This document shows positions 1-9,201 of a stretch of DNA of 64,000 nucleotides, in pieces. Each line of letters opens with the position of its first letter. The stretch's first letter is position 1. The stretch comes from a virus. Under the pieces are notes generated by a model that saw only the letters and a list, made by a program, of their open reading frames with translations, searched no databases and was not told the DNA's origin. Made by a program: the position numbers and the translations under genes. Where the stretch lies: IMG/VR virus record IMGVR_UViG_3300044946_000175, positions 55,162-119,161 of that record; one strand, given 5' to 3'.

Positions 1-134
1 CATTCGCCTGAATGGACTGATGCTGCCCGAAGCGACTCCTGCTCTGGCTGTGTAACCGGCAGTTCCGAGAAAAGGCAGGATTATATCTTGCCTTTTCTTT
101 ATGTCAAAACACCCCAAACATAAAAAGGCAAAAC

Positions 135-752
135 ATGAACGCTACTTCAAAAATCCTTTGGCTCCGCGAGCGCATCCGCGATCAACAAAAGTGGATTGAA
201 ATGAATGGTGGTGATCTTGCCGGTTATCGGGCACGATACGGAGATGTGAACTATGCTCCGTTGAACGCCGATGGTAGTATTCGTACATTCACTATTCCGA
301 CTGAGAGACAGACGCCAGAGCTTATCGAAGGACTAAAGCGGATAGACTCCGTGCGATTTGTCGTTCCCATGTACGCTGACGGCGGTTCCAAAATCTGGGA
401 AGCCGATGTGATGGCTTACGACAAGCTGGTGGATGAATTACTCGAACTGGAGAAACAGCATCCAGAAGCAGCACGGACGGCTGGCATTGCTGATCCTCGT
501 CCGGTTGTTATTAAGTGCATGAAGAATTACGATCCCGAACGCGATCTGAAGTATTTCGGATCGCTAGTGCATAGTTGGGATAATAGCCCCCGACCTTCAA
601 ATGGAGAAATAGCTGCAAGTTCTATAGCTCATAATCTGCTCCAAAATCTCGGCAAACTGGACGAGTCGGCGCAACGAGGTGTGGTTGCTTTTGTCGAACT
701 GCTCATGCGGGGCGAAGTCAAACGAGCTAGTGAGATTTTGAGGGGCAAATAA
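135..752 (+). CDS. hypothetical phage protein
   Basis: 205-aa ORF preceded by AAAAGGCAAAAC-ATG motif. Confidence 0.7.
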   Translation: MNATSKILWLRERIRDQQKWIEMNGGDLAGYRARYGDVNYAPLNADGSIRTFTIPTERQTPELIEGLKRIDSVRFVVPMYADGGSKIWEADVMAYDKLVDELLELEKQHPEAARTAGIADPRPVVIKCMKNYDPERDLKYFGSLVHSWDNSPRPSNGEIAASSIAHNLLQNLGKLDESAQRGVVAFVELLMRGEVKRASEILRGK

Positions 753-796
753 AAGGCAAAATTCTGACTTGCCTTTTCTGGAATCGGTTGTAAGAT
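751..796 (+). promoter_or_regulatory. sigma70-like promoter, family A (TTGCCT-N16-TAAGAT) with upstream inverted AAAAGGCAA
   Basis: TTGCCT 769-774, TAAGAT 791-796; same geometry recurs at about 10 other loci. Confidence 0.7.
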
Positions 797-824
797 TCTG
801 GTAACTCAAACTCAGGAGCTTGCT

Positions 825-1361
825 ATGCCGAATTCTGTTACCGTTATGCATTACGGAGTCGAGGGAACTGGTCGTACTGTGACTGAGGCAAAGAAAGATG
901 CCGGTAAGAAGATCGAGAAGGCGTTGGAGGGCAGCTATACGCCGCAGATTCTTGCGTGGCGTGGTTATGTCGCTTTGGTCTATCGCGATATGCAGGGATG
1001 GCAGAGTCGTCTCATCATGGACCCGGAGCGAGGCGTCATCGACGGTCCTGTCCACGGATCGCATTACGGAGACGAAATCAAGGAAGCGGTGGATGCAGCC
1101 AACAGTAATCTTGCTCAACTTGGTTGGAAGCCTGAAGATTGCCTGGAATGTCCGTCCATCCTTACCACACGCGAGCAGCAGAGCGATTTTCGGCACTGGT
1201 GCAAGTTTCAGTTGCGATATAAGGCAGCGAAGAGTGCTGGCTTGAACGACAACGAAGCTCATTCCTTCGCCGGATATAACCCGTCAACGCCGGAACTTCA
1301 GACGAGAGTTCCACAAGAGGCTCTGGCTGCATTCGGCGTGGCTGAGTCGAAGGCGATTTAA
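825..1361 (+). CDS. hypothetical phage protein
   Basis: 178-aa ORF with AGGAG RBS downstream of promoter. Confidence 0.75.
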   Translation: MPNSVTVMHYGVEGTGRTVTEAKKDAGKKIEKALEGSYTPQILAWRGYVALVYRDMQGWQSRLIMDPERGVIDGPVHGSHYGDEIKEAVDAANSNLAQLGWKPEDCLECPSILTTREQQSDFRHWCKFQLRYKAAKSAGLNDNEAHSFAGYNPSTPELQTRVPQEALAAFGVAESKAI

Positions 1362-1416
1362 TGGCTGTTCAGTTTGTATCGAAATTCAAACCGACCAGTT
1401 CAGAGGAGGAAGACAA

Positions 1417-1629
1417 ATGAATAAAAAAGACATATTCATCCGCGCCTTGGCTGAATTCTTGGTGAAGGACCAAGCTAAAAAGAGTGTGGAACTGGCAATG
1501 GGGAATGAACACGCCAAGCAGTGGGCGGATCTCAGGAGCGCCTCTCCGCTGTTCGACTATCCAACAGTTGAAGAGGCTGAAAAGAGCCTGAAGGAATTTT
1601 TCTCTAACAAAACAGGAAAAGGCAAATGA
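1417..1629 (+). CDS. hypothetical protein
   Basis: 70 aa, GAGGAGG RBS. Confidence 0.65.
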   Translation: MNKKDIFIRALAEFLVKDQAKKSVELAMGNEHAKQWADLRSASPLFDYPTVEEAEKSLKEFFSNKTGKGK

Positions 1630-1760
1630 CAACCGAGACAGCAAAGTTTATACTCGACGTATTTCCGGTCTGTTTTTTGATCGTAACCATACCCGGCTTC
1701 ATCCTGGTGTTTTTGCTGCTAGTGAAGTCGATAATTTCTGTGGGAGATAGAGATAAATGA
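1626..1760 (+). CDS. small single-pass membrane protein
   Basis: 44-aa ORF MTTETAKFILDVFPVCFLIVTIPGFILVFLLLVK..., ATGA overlaps with both neighbours. Confidence 0.55.
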   Translation: MTTETAKFILDVFPVCFLIVTIPGFILVFLLLVKSIISVGDRDK

Positions 1761-2251
1761 ATAAAAGATTTCCTCCACGATTGAATTACGGCAGTACGAT
1801 GGAGTTCTCCGTCGCGCACGGATTTCTCGAAAACGGTCCATCGAAGTCAAAGCCAAAACTGCCGCGATTGTTGCAGTTTGTCCTTCCTCCCTTCCAGCGT
1901 GGCGAGGTGTGGACCACTACGCAAAAATCGCGATTCATCGAGTCGTTGTGGTTGGGTCTGCCGATTTCTGTCTATGCTTACAATGAGTCGCCTACCTTCG
2001 GCGAAATCGACTACTGGCTCATCGATGGGCAACAGAGATGGACGGCAATTCGAGACTTTGTAGAGAATAAATTCGAAGTGTTCGGCGGGTTGAAGTATAG
2101 CGACATGAACGAGTGCGAATTGAGGCAGTTCAAGAACAAACGATTTCCTGCCATCTTGATCAATAGTGACGACGTGAAGGAGTTGCAGGATATATATGAG
2201 CGGCTGGCTTATGGCGGAACTGCTCACGAAAAATCAGGAGAAAGCAAATGA
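1757..2251 (+). CDS. stand-alone DUF262 (ParB/Srx-like, GmrS-type) domain protein
   Basis: LPPFQRGEVW...FIESLWLGLP...LIDGQQRWTAI signature. Confidence 0.85.
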   Translation: MNKRFPPRLNYGSTMEFSVAHGFLENGPSKSKPKLPRLLQFVLPPFQRGEVWTTTQKSRFIESLWLGLPISVYAYNESPTFGEIDYWLIDGQQRWTAIRDFVENKFEVFGGLKYSDMNECELRQFKNKRFPAILINSDDVKELQDIYERLAYGGTAHEKSGESK

Positions 2252-2460
2252 AACTTGACGACGACAAGACTGAGGCAACTTTGTGGATGATCTTTTCGTG
2301 CGTTGCCTTGTTCGGTCTCTTATCGCACGAGGGAGTCCGACAGGCTAAGGGTCCGGATGATAACGCAGAGCGTGACGCGGCCGCAAGCGCTGATAGAATG
2401 CTCAGGAGATTCAAAAAAAGATTCGACCAAGATTCTGAGTCGTTCGGAAAGGCAAAATAA
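2248..2460 (+). CDS. hypothetical protein
   Basis: 70 aa, translationally coupled. Confidence 0.55.
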   Translation: MKLDDDKTEATLWMIFSCVALFGLLSHEGVRQAKGPDDNAERDAAASADRMLRRFKKRFDQDSESFGKAK

Positions 2461-2672
2461 TGATTCGTCCAAAATGGACTACCGCTAAACCGACCCAACC
2501 CGGCTGGTACTGGTATCGTCAGGGAGCAGGTGGTGAGATAATTGTTTCTCTTCATCAATACAACGATTCATTCATTATACGATTTTCTGGTAACGGCCAG
2601 AGCTTTGATTTTGATGAAGTGGTTGCAGAATATCCGGGCGCTGAGTGGGCCGGGCCGTTAGAAAAGCCTTAA
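2460..2672 (+). CDS. conserved-type phage hypothetical protein
   Basis: WTTAKPTQPGWYWYR...EWAGPLEKP motif typical of small phage proteins. Confidence 0.65.
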   Translation: MIRPKWTTAKPTQPGWYWYRQGAGGEIIVSLHQYNDSFIIRFSGNGQSFDFDEVVAEYPGAEWAGPLEKP

Positions 2673-2796
2673 AAATTCCGTCAAGAATCCGTAGCACGAT
2701 AACCCCATCTTCTGCGAGTGTATTTCCAGAGGCTTCTGCGCTCCATTACTTTCGATAGAATAAAACCGATCAATAACCTGAACCTGGAAAGTTCAT

Positions 2797-3306
2797 ATGA
2801 ATGCTAGACCGAACGCGAAAGAATTGAGAGAAAAGGCTGCTGAACTCAAAGAGGCAAAGAATGCCATCAAGACGGTGCCTCTTACCGTCGAGAACGTGGA
2901 TCGTCTGGATGCGACCACTTCAAATGCAAAAGCATCTGCCAAACCGAAGCCGGAAAAGAAGCAAAAACCACCAAAAGACCCAAAAGACATAAAACCACCC
3001 CAACCGCCAGACCCTAACTCCAAGAGAAGTCAGAAAAAGCTCAAAGGACGGCTCCCGCACGGTTCCAGGTTCGACAATTTCGTTTATGATGGCGAGAAAG
3101 TGGAGTGGACGGGGATACTCACAGTTCCTGGATTCGAGGTATTTAGGGACCGGGCCAATGGCGTGATGACTCTGTTTTCCAGACTTGATAAAGCCTATCG
3201 AAGAGCGGCGAAGGAACGAGAGTCTGCCTCACCCGTTCCACCATCGCCAGAGCCGAACTGCGAGCAGCACACTGGCAATGATGACCAAAATCGCGATGGC
3301 GAGTAG
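2797..3306 (+). CDS. hypothetical Lys/Pro-rich protein
   Basis: 169-aa ORF. Confidence 0.6.
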   Translation: MNARPNAKELREKAAELKEAKNAIKTVPLTVENVDRLDATTSNAKASAKPKPEKKQKPPKDPKDIKPPQPPDPNSKRSQKKLKGRLPHGSRFDNFVYDGEKVEWTGILTVPGFEVFRDRANGVMTLFSRLDKAYRRAAKERESASPVPPSPEPNCEQHTGNDDQNRDGE

Positions 3307-3357
3307 TATCGGTAGTTCCAGAGTTGCATATCCAGCTTTGCGTTTCATGGATTTTTC

Positions 3358-3386
3358 TTGACCTCGAAACTTGATGGGCATAGACT
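3358..3386 (+). promoter_or_regulatory. sigma70 promoter for candidate large ncRNA
   Basis: TTGACC-N17-TAGACT. Confidence 0.65.
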
Positions 3387-3389
3387 TTT

Positions 3390-3950
3390 GGGGTGGATTA
3401 AACGGAAAGAGCGAGTTTTCCCGCAAAGAAAAGACTCGCTCGACCGTCACGTCAGTGTGAGCACATTCTATGTGACACACCGACCATAAGCAATTCCACA
3501 ATTCAAAAATTCTTTGCGTATAGCCTCCAGGTTTGAGGCGACGGAAATGCCATACATCTGCGGACTGGCGAGCAATAGCGGTATGGGAACCGGCTTGGCG
3601 TTGTAGTAGCGGGAGTTCCCCACTACCAGCCAAAGTCGGCTGGCTGCATTTTCTCGATTGAAAAGAGGGAATGCTATCGGTTTGTTGAGGTGACGGGTGG
3701 GTGAATTTATTTCACTGGCTTTGTCCAACTGTGCAAGCAGTTCCATGCGTTCGGGGGTAGGTGGCTGGCGCTCCTTAATAGAGCATGGAGTCGTGGGGGT
3801 CAGCATGGGCTGGCGTCCGGAGCGACTGTAAACAAGACTCCGGACCAAACGAAAGCGAGGATGAGGGGTGACGCATTCGTGAAGTAGCTCCGTATCGTTT
3901 CAAGATCATTTAAATCTTGGAATGGTACGGGGCTACTCCGCTCAGAATCC
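3390..3950 (+). ncRNA. candidate large structured ncRNA (~560 nt)
   Basis: no credible + strand ORF; about 10 consecutive hairpins, several with G-U pairs valid only on + strand (e.g. 24-bp stem 3883-3937). Confidence 0.6.
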
Positions 3951-4012
3951 AGGATCAACATTCCATTTCAGAGTTGGTTGTGTTTAGCTTTGTGTGTTGG
4001 AAGTGAGGTGTT

Positions 4013-4573
4013 TTGATGGATGCAGTACAATATGCGAAATACCTAAGATCGGATCATTGGATTGAGTTCAGCAGTCATGTCCGGAAGAGTCGATGCTTTT
4101 GTTGTGGTGTTGAGAAGACTGGTTTGCACGTCCATCACATAACATACGAACGTGTTGGGAAAGAACTGGAACAGGATGTTGTGACAGTATGTAATGGATG
4201 TCACATCAAAATCCACAAGAGAGTCAAGAGAGGAACCAAACTTGAAGATGCACATTTTGTCGTCAAGAAGTCGATGACGAGTCGAGAGGGACACCTGGTC
4301 GGGAAGTGGTGTTCGTGGCCGCGCCTTTTGAATCCGTCACTACAACAAACCATCGGCAAGTTGAAAGCCTTTCTAGTTCTCAAGGGTCTTTTGGAAGATG
4401 GGAGGGCATCAAAGCTCGCATACCGCTTGAAGTTCGCTCGGGTAGTAAATGGTAAAGAGAGATGGCACAAAATGCGGTTCATTGATATGGCGAGAGCGGA
4501 TCGTAAGATATGGAGGTGTAGGCAACAAGGAAAGGCAATTTATCCATCGCTCCGCAAACGCGCTCTTATTTGA
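4013..4573 (+). CDS. HNH endonuclease
   Basis: YLRSDHW...CFCCG...LHVHHITY...VCNGCHIKIH. Confidence 0.85.
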   Translation: MMDAVQYAKYLRSDHWIEFSSHVRKSRCFCCGVEKTGLHVHHITYERVGKELEQDVVTVCNGCHIKIHKRVKRGTKLEDAHFVVKKSMTSREGHLVGKWCSWPRLLNPSLQQTIGKLKAFLVLKGLLEDGRASKLAYRLKFARVVNGKERWHKMRFIDMARADRKIWRCRQQGKAIYPSLRKRALI

Positions 4574-4583
4574 AAAGGCAAAA

Positions 4584-5060
4584 ATGAAAATTCAACTCTT
4601 CTTCGATGGCGGATGTACTCCCCGTAATCCAGGAGGAACCGGTACGTGGGCCTACGTCATCAAAGGTCTGACTGAAGCCGACGTGGAAGGGTACGGTGCA
4701 TTACAGGCTTCTCCCAAGATGACCAACAACGTCGCGGAGTACGTGGCGCTTGGGAAGGGTCTGCGATTTCTGGCCGACTACCAGAGTACCGACGCGGCAA
4801 AGGTCTTGACGAGCCTGGAGATAAGAGGCGACTCCAAGCTGGTTGTAAACCAACTGACCGAAGAGTGGAAGTGCAACAAGGAACATCTTCAGAAGCTTCG
4901 TGCGCGCTGTTGGGAGTTGTTGGAGCAGATCAAGTGTTCGTGGACTACGGAGTGGATTCCTCGTGAAGAGAACTCACGAGCCGATGCTCTGGGTCACAAG
5001 GCTTATACCGAAGCGACCGGACAGCCTTATCCCGATACGATCAACGGCAGGCGGATATAA
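4584..5060 (+). CDS. rnhA: ribonuclease HI family protein
   Basis: FDGG..RNPG, TNNVAEY, RGDSKLVVNQ, WIPREENSRADAL; start reassigned to ATG 4584. Confidence 0.9.
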   Translation: MKIQLFFDGGCTPRNPGGTGTWAYVIKGLTEADVEGYGALQASPKMTNNVAEYVALGKGLRFLADYQSTDAAKVLTSLEIRGDSKLVVNQLTEEWKCNKEHLQKLRARCWELLEQIKCSWTTEWIPREENSRADALGHKAYTEATGQPYPDTINGRRI

Positions 5061-5285
5061 ATGGACGATCCTTATTATGAGGTTCGGAGCGAGATTGAAG
5101 CCCATGAGAAGTTGCTGAAGTCCCATCCTGATTGTCAAAGGATGTGGGATGTCTGGGTCGCCCACCCCGACAAAACCAAGAGTGCATTGAATCCTCGTGA
5201 GATGGCTGAAGTCTGGGGCGTTTCGGAGTTGAGGCGGCATCCTCTATTTGTGCGGTATATCGCGGGTAAGATGGGAGCGGTTTAG
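5061..5285 (+). CDS. hypothetical protein
   Basis: 74 aa, abuts RNase H stop. Confidence 0.55.
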   Translation: MDDPYYEVRSEIEAHEKLLKSHPDCQRMWDVWVAHPDKTKSALNPREMAEVWGVSELRRHPLFVRYIAGKMGAV

Positions 5286-5350
5286 CGGCAAGTCGATAAG
5301 AACCTAACTAATAACTTGCCTTTTCATCTTCCTGTGTTAAAATCCCGACA

Positions 5351-6034
5351 ATGGAACTTTCCGAGCAAGTCTGGTGGGAAGTAGAAGCCGACAACGGTAA
5401 GTGGGCAGGTCTGGTCGATCCGACCTGGATCACTTCCACAGTGATTGCTCTGTGTCAGCAGATCGAAAAGAGTAAAGACGCCTCGCTCCTGCCGATCCTG
5501 GCCGATGCGCTCCATATGGATGCTGGTTGTGAGGATGCACTGTTGTTGAAGTTCTTGCGCGAGAACGTGGTCATTAGAATCGCGAGTATAAATGGGCCAA
5601 TGGGATCTTATAAATGTCGTAGAGATAAAGGCATGTCCCGCGAAGTCATCGCCAGTCAAATAGGCAAATTGAGTCGTTTTTTTGATGGTGGTGATCATGT
5701 GTTTATTGACGATTGGAAAGCTTACCAGGACGCCAAGCGAAAGCACTATCTCGCGCAGGAGCAGTGCAAAAACTATCTCACGAATCCAGACATCAAGGCC
5801 GCTCTCCTGGCGCTCCCTCATCCCCATCCGGCTTTTAGGCAAAGTAAGAAATGGTGGGATTATTGCTGCTGGTTTACTGAAAAGCGGCTCTATCCGACTC
5901 TGCTTCGCAAATTGAAGGAATTGATGAAGGAGAACAAGAGTTTTGCCGTAGTGGTTGAGGAATCGAAGCACGAGAGAGTCGCCACTGCTCCGCTTGTGTC
6001 TGGGCAGAGAGTGTTAGACTGGGATGATGTTTAG
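5351..6034 (+). CDS. protein with Gemmataceae-type PILADAL-DAGC motif
   Basis: WITSTVIALC...LLPILADALHMDAGCED; family-A promoter 5316-5343 upstream. Confidence 0.7.
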   Translation: MELSEQVWWEVEADNGKWAGLVDPTWITSTVIALCQQIEKSKDASLLPILADALHMDAGCEDALLLKFLRENVVIRIASINGPMGSYKCRRDKGMSREVIASQIGKLSRFFDGGDHVFIDDWKAYQDAKRKHYLAQEQCKNYLTNPDIKAALLALPHPHPAFRQSKKWWDYCCWFTEKRLYPTLLRKLKELMKENKSFAVVVEESKHERVATAPLVSGQRVLDWDDV

Positions 6035-6099
6035 AGTATTGGAGAATAAAAGGCAGAATTTTAATTTGCCTTTTGTGGTTTGGGGAGTAAGATGAATTT

Positions 6100-6324
6100 A
6101 TGAAACAATGTACCAAACTCGTCTGTAAGCAGACCTTCTCATTTAAAGTCGATGGAGAAGGCAGAGTTACTACTTTTCGAGAAGGGCAGGAATTCTGGAT
6201 AACTAATACGGAGACGCATCAAAAGAACAGCGGAAGTGTGAACGTGGCGAGAAAAGGTCAGAAGTGGGGCTACAGTTTCACTGCGGAGCAAGTTACTCAG
6301 TTTTTTGTGGAAAAGGAAGATTAA
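6100..6324 (+). CDS. hypothetical protein (possibly leaderless mRNA)
   Basis: ATG 6 nt after TAAGAT -10 box (6088-6093). Confidence 0.6.
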   Translation: MKQCTKLVCKQTFSFKVDGEGRVTTFREGQEFWITNTETHQKNSGSVNVARKGQKWGYSFTAEQVTQFFVEKED

Positions 6325-6546
6325 TAGTTTGCCTTTTCTGGTGTTGCTTCTGGCCAGATGGCAGACCCAAAATGGAAAGCATTGGCTGGAGCTTTATCGG
6401 GACGGCGACAGCTACTACTACAGAGGAGACGACTGCGGAGGTGTCCTGGGCCGTCTGCCTGGAACTGAGGTTGCTATTGCCAAGATAGAAGCTGGAGCAG
6501 TGAGTTGTCTCAAGAGTGATTTTCCTAGCACAAAGAAGGTGAAGTA

Positions 6547-6762
6547 ATGGTTGGAATAGATACTGCTGGTTGTGCTGTACTTGAAGGTCTGGTCGAGAAG
6601 CATGGCTTGTCTGGAGTCGTCGCGGTACTGAGTGATATTTGCTCCGTAAAAGTAGAAGAGGCTGAAATGCCACTAAAGGAAGGGTGGATTATGCTGAGTC
6701 GTGCGTTTTATCTGCTTATCGATACGTGTCATAAGTACAAATTACCAGGAGTTGAGCGATGA
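6547..6762 (+). CDS. hypothetical protein
   Basis: 71 aa, coupled. Confidence 0.55.
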   Translation: MVGIDTAGCAVLEGLVEKHGLSGVVAVLSDICSVKVEEAEMPLKEGWIMLSRAFYLLIDTCHKYKLPGVER

Positions 6763-7307
6763 CAAAGAAAGAACTAGAAGTTCTGGAACGAATCGAAGAA
6801 AAGGCGCACGTAGCCCAACAGACAATCATACGGACGCGAGACAAGAAGAAGTGGCGCTTGCAGGAATTAGCGGAGAAGAAGATCGATGCTCAAATGGAGG
6901 TGGAGTTCGGTAAGCGCATCGAGAAGGCTGTTACTACTTATAACGATGCGCAGGTCGCGGTCAAGAAAGCTCGCATTGAATTCGCCACGGCGAACGCGCC
7001 ATTTCTCATTGGCACGAAGATGGTCAAGTGGGATAAGAAGTATAACTGCTGGTTGAGTAGTTCGACCACCCCAAACCCCATCGTCGAGCTTGCTGCTGGT
7101 GTCTTCGACGTCGTTACTGATGACACCGTTTTTCCTGAAGGTATGTCTCAGTACAAGAAGCCGCGAGTCGGTTCGTATATCATTCGACTCACGCGCAAGG
7201 ACGGTACGCTCGGCATCAAGTTCGAGCAGCTCATTCTTGACGGTTACAGAAAAACAACGGACTGGCTTCCCGTAGGCAAAAAACCAAAGAAAGAGAAGGC
7301 AAAATAA
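6759..7307 (+). CDS. hypothetical protein
   Basis: 182 aa, AGGAG RBS. Confidence 0.7.
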   Translation: MTKKELEVLERIEEKAHVAQQTIIRTRDKKKWRLQELAEKKIDAQMEVEFGKRIEKAVTTYNDAQVAVKKARIEFATANAPFLIGTKMVKWDKKYNCWLSSSTTPNPIVELAAGVFDVVTDDTVFPEGMSQYKKPRVGSYIIRLTRKDGTLGIKFEQLILDGYRKTTDWLPVGKKPKKEKAK

Positions 7308-7564
7308 TGGTTTTTGAAATTGGTAAAAACTATCTGTTCGAATCGATCACCAGTAACCTTTATGTAGGTCGCTTAGTCGAGGTTGGTTTCAGCGGTGAAG
7401 TGTTACTGGAAGACGCGGCTTGGATCAGCGAAACGGGTAGGCTCAATGAGTTTGTTCGTACCGGAAGCGCTGAAGGAATGGAGGTGGAATTAATAGGCAC
7501 AAAAGGACTTCGATACGCTTCGTGGAATCCTTGGCCGCATAAACTTTTCGAGGAGACGATTTAG
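7307..7564 (+). CDS. small Sm-like/beta-barrel phage protein
   Basis: FEIGKNYLF...YVGRLVEV...LLEDAAWISETGR. Confidence 0.6.
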   Translation: MVFEIGKNYLFESITSNLYVGRLVEVGFSGEVLLEDAAWISETGRLNEFVRTGSAEGMEVELIGTKGLRYASWNPWPHKLFEETI

Positions 7565-7860
7565 TGTTTCCTTCTGATTTTTTGCCAGAACATCTTACCA
7601 GCACTGTGCTGGCTTTGTGTGATGTCGTATCGACGGACAGAGTGGTCTTTCCTATTTTGGCAGATGCTTTGCAGGATGCAGGATGTGAGAATGAACGTAT
7701 GTTGGAATTTTTGAGGACCGACAATCATCCTGAGATTGATTCGATTTTTTCAGGAGAAGTTAGATACGGGTCATGGTCAAGGTCAAGGTCAGGGTCAGCA
7801 GGGTCAAGGTCAGAGTCAGCAGGGTCAAGGTCAAGGTCATGGTCATGGTCATGGTCATGA
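7564..7860 (+). CDS. PILADAL-DAGC motif protein with SR/SW repeat tail
   Basis: FPILADALQDAGCEN then GSWSRSRSGS...WSWSWS. Confidence 0.7.
   Translation: MFPSDFLPEHLTSTVLALCDVVSTDRVVFPILADALQDAGCENERMLEFLRTDNHPEIDSIFSGEVRYGSWSRSRSGSAGSRSESAGSRSRSWSWSWS
7768..7858 (+). repeat. degenerate hexamer tandem repeat (GGTCAN)n
   Basis: ggtcat/ggtcaa/ggtcag units encoding SR/SW dipeptides. Confidence 0.85.
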
Positions 7861-7881
7861 ATATTACTAAGAGGCAAAATA

Positions 7882-8193
7882 ATGGTTGTCTTATGCATCG
7901 ACGGTCTGAACACCGGTGAATCGACTCCGTTCGACGGTCAGTACGTGCAGGAGTACGATCCGTCGAAGCAGGGATTTGATCCGACCGGAAGGCCGATGCT
8001 GTGTCATCTGGCTACTACTTCCGATCCTAACAAGGCGCTACAGTTCAAGGATTGCGTGGAGGCACTGGAAGCATGGAAGTTGGTGGATTCCAGGAATCCC
8101 GTGCGGGCAGACGGACAGCCCAACCGACCGCTGACGGCATTTAGCGTGCTGGTGATCGATCTGGAGAAGGCGAAGGAAGGACTCGTGCTATGA
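7882..8193 (+). CDS. hypothetical protein
   Basis: 103 aa. Confidence 0.65.
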   Translation: MVVLCIDGLNTGESTPFDGQYVQEYDPSKQGFDPTGRPMLCHLATTSDPNKALQFKDCVEALEAWKLVDSRNPVRADGQPNRPLTAFSVLVIDLEKAKEGLVL

Positions 8194-8426
8194 AACTCAT
8201 GAGTTTGAAAGACACGAACTACAAAAATCTGAATTCGTGGTTGCGCGCGACAATCTTGCGCTTTGCAAAAGCCGAAGTCGAGGATTCTTGGAAGAGTTCT
8301 CGCGACCCTGAATGTTTTTCATTAATTGAAGAGGAACTGCGAGCGGCTGAACACGAACTCAAGTCCGTCTTGGCTTGTGTGGATGCCGTCATAGATCACG
8401 ACCTTCGCGCGAGGTTTTCGGCATGA
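8190..8426 (+). CDS. hypothetical protein
   Basis: 78 aa, coupled. Confidence 0.6.
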   Translation: MKLMSLKDTNYKNLNSWLRATILRFAKAEVEDSWKSSRDPECFSLIEEELRAAEHELKSVLACVDAVIDHDLRARFSA

Positions 8427-8797
8427 GCAAACTCATTGGTATTATCGATTATCGGGACGGCTGGATGTGCGTCAAAACTACTGACAACGATCTGGACAAG
8501 CCGCAGAAGTGCATCAGTTGGTGGCCCATCGAGCGTGAGTATCCTGGCGAGCGGAACGTTCTGGATCTGACCGGCAATGAGGCCGAGATTGAAGACGGAC
8601 TGGTCATGTTCAGAATGACCAAAGAAAAGGCATGGAACTGGGCGAAGCGGCGACCGCTGTCGGATGGCGGGAAAACCTTTCCTATTGCTACGGAAGTGGT
8701 TCCTATTGTTTGCCCAAAAGTGCGCAAAGGTATTTCTACTCGCTATCGCCTGGGGCGGTGGGAGAAGGGTTTGCGGAGCGGCTGGACGGTGGCTTAA
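8423..8797 (+). CDS. hypothetical protein
   Basis: ATGA overlap with previous gene. Confidence 0.6.
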   Translation: MSKLIGIIDYRDGWMCVKTTDNDLDKPQKCISWWPIEREYPGERNVLDLTGNEAEIEDGLVMFRMTKEKAWNWAKRRPLSDGGKTFPIATEVVPIVCPKVRKGISTRYRLGRWEKGLRSGWTVA

Positions 8798-8868
8798 TAT
8801 TTTTGGAACAATCCCTAGCTAAGTGTTGGTTGGTTAATTTTGTGTGTATGAACCTGAAAGGATTTTCG

Positions 8869-9177
8869 ATGTTTAAAGACTATCTGAATGATGGAGTTTG
8901 CCTGACGTCTTTGGTTGTACTAGGGATCGTAATCGGCACATTTGGAGCTACCAATTGGCATTGCGGTTTGACGCCAGAGCGGATAAGAACCATTCACAAT
9001 GGTTGGAGTTCCGATCAAGTCGTAACGGTTTTCAACGACGATCAATACGAGCAAGAAATGGAATGGCGACGGCAGAATGCTGTCATTCCGCTTGCTTATG
9101 CGGTGCCTCTGACGTTTGGCGGATTCGCAATGGCGATCTCGTGTGGGATTGCCTTACTAAACAAAATGGCTCGTTAA
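8869..9177 (+). CDS. membrane protein (two TM segments)
   Basis: two hydrophobic stretches; AAAGGA RBS before ATG 8869. Confidence 0.6.
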   Translation: MFKDYLNDGVCLTSLVVLGIVIGTFGATNWHCGLTPERIRTIHNGWSSDQVVTVFNDDQYEQEMEWRRQNAVIPLAYAVPLTFGGFAMAISCGIALLNKMAR

Positions 9178-9201
9178 TCGTTTAATCTTAGAAGGCAAAA
9201 C

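Noticed and set aside
2620-2648. Weak similarity of spacer 42923-42948 to the EYPG-coding segment
   Set aside because: Many mismatches and a gap
3390-3960. tmRNA, RNase P or tRNA identity for the large RNA
   Set aside because: No T-arm/CCA end and no GAGGAAAGTCC motif; no canonical tRNA cloverleaf recognised anywhere in the window
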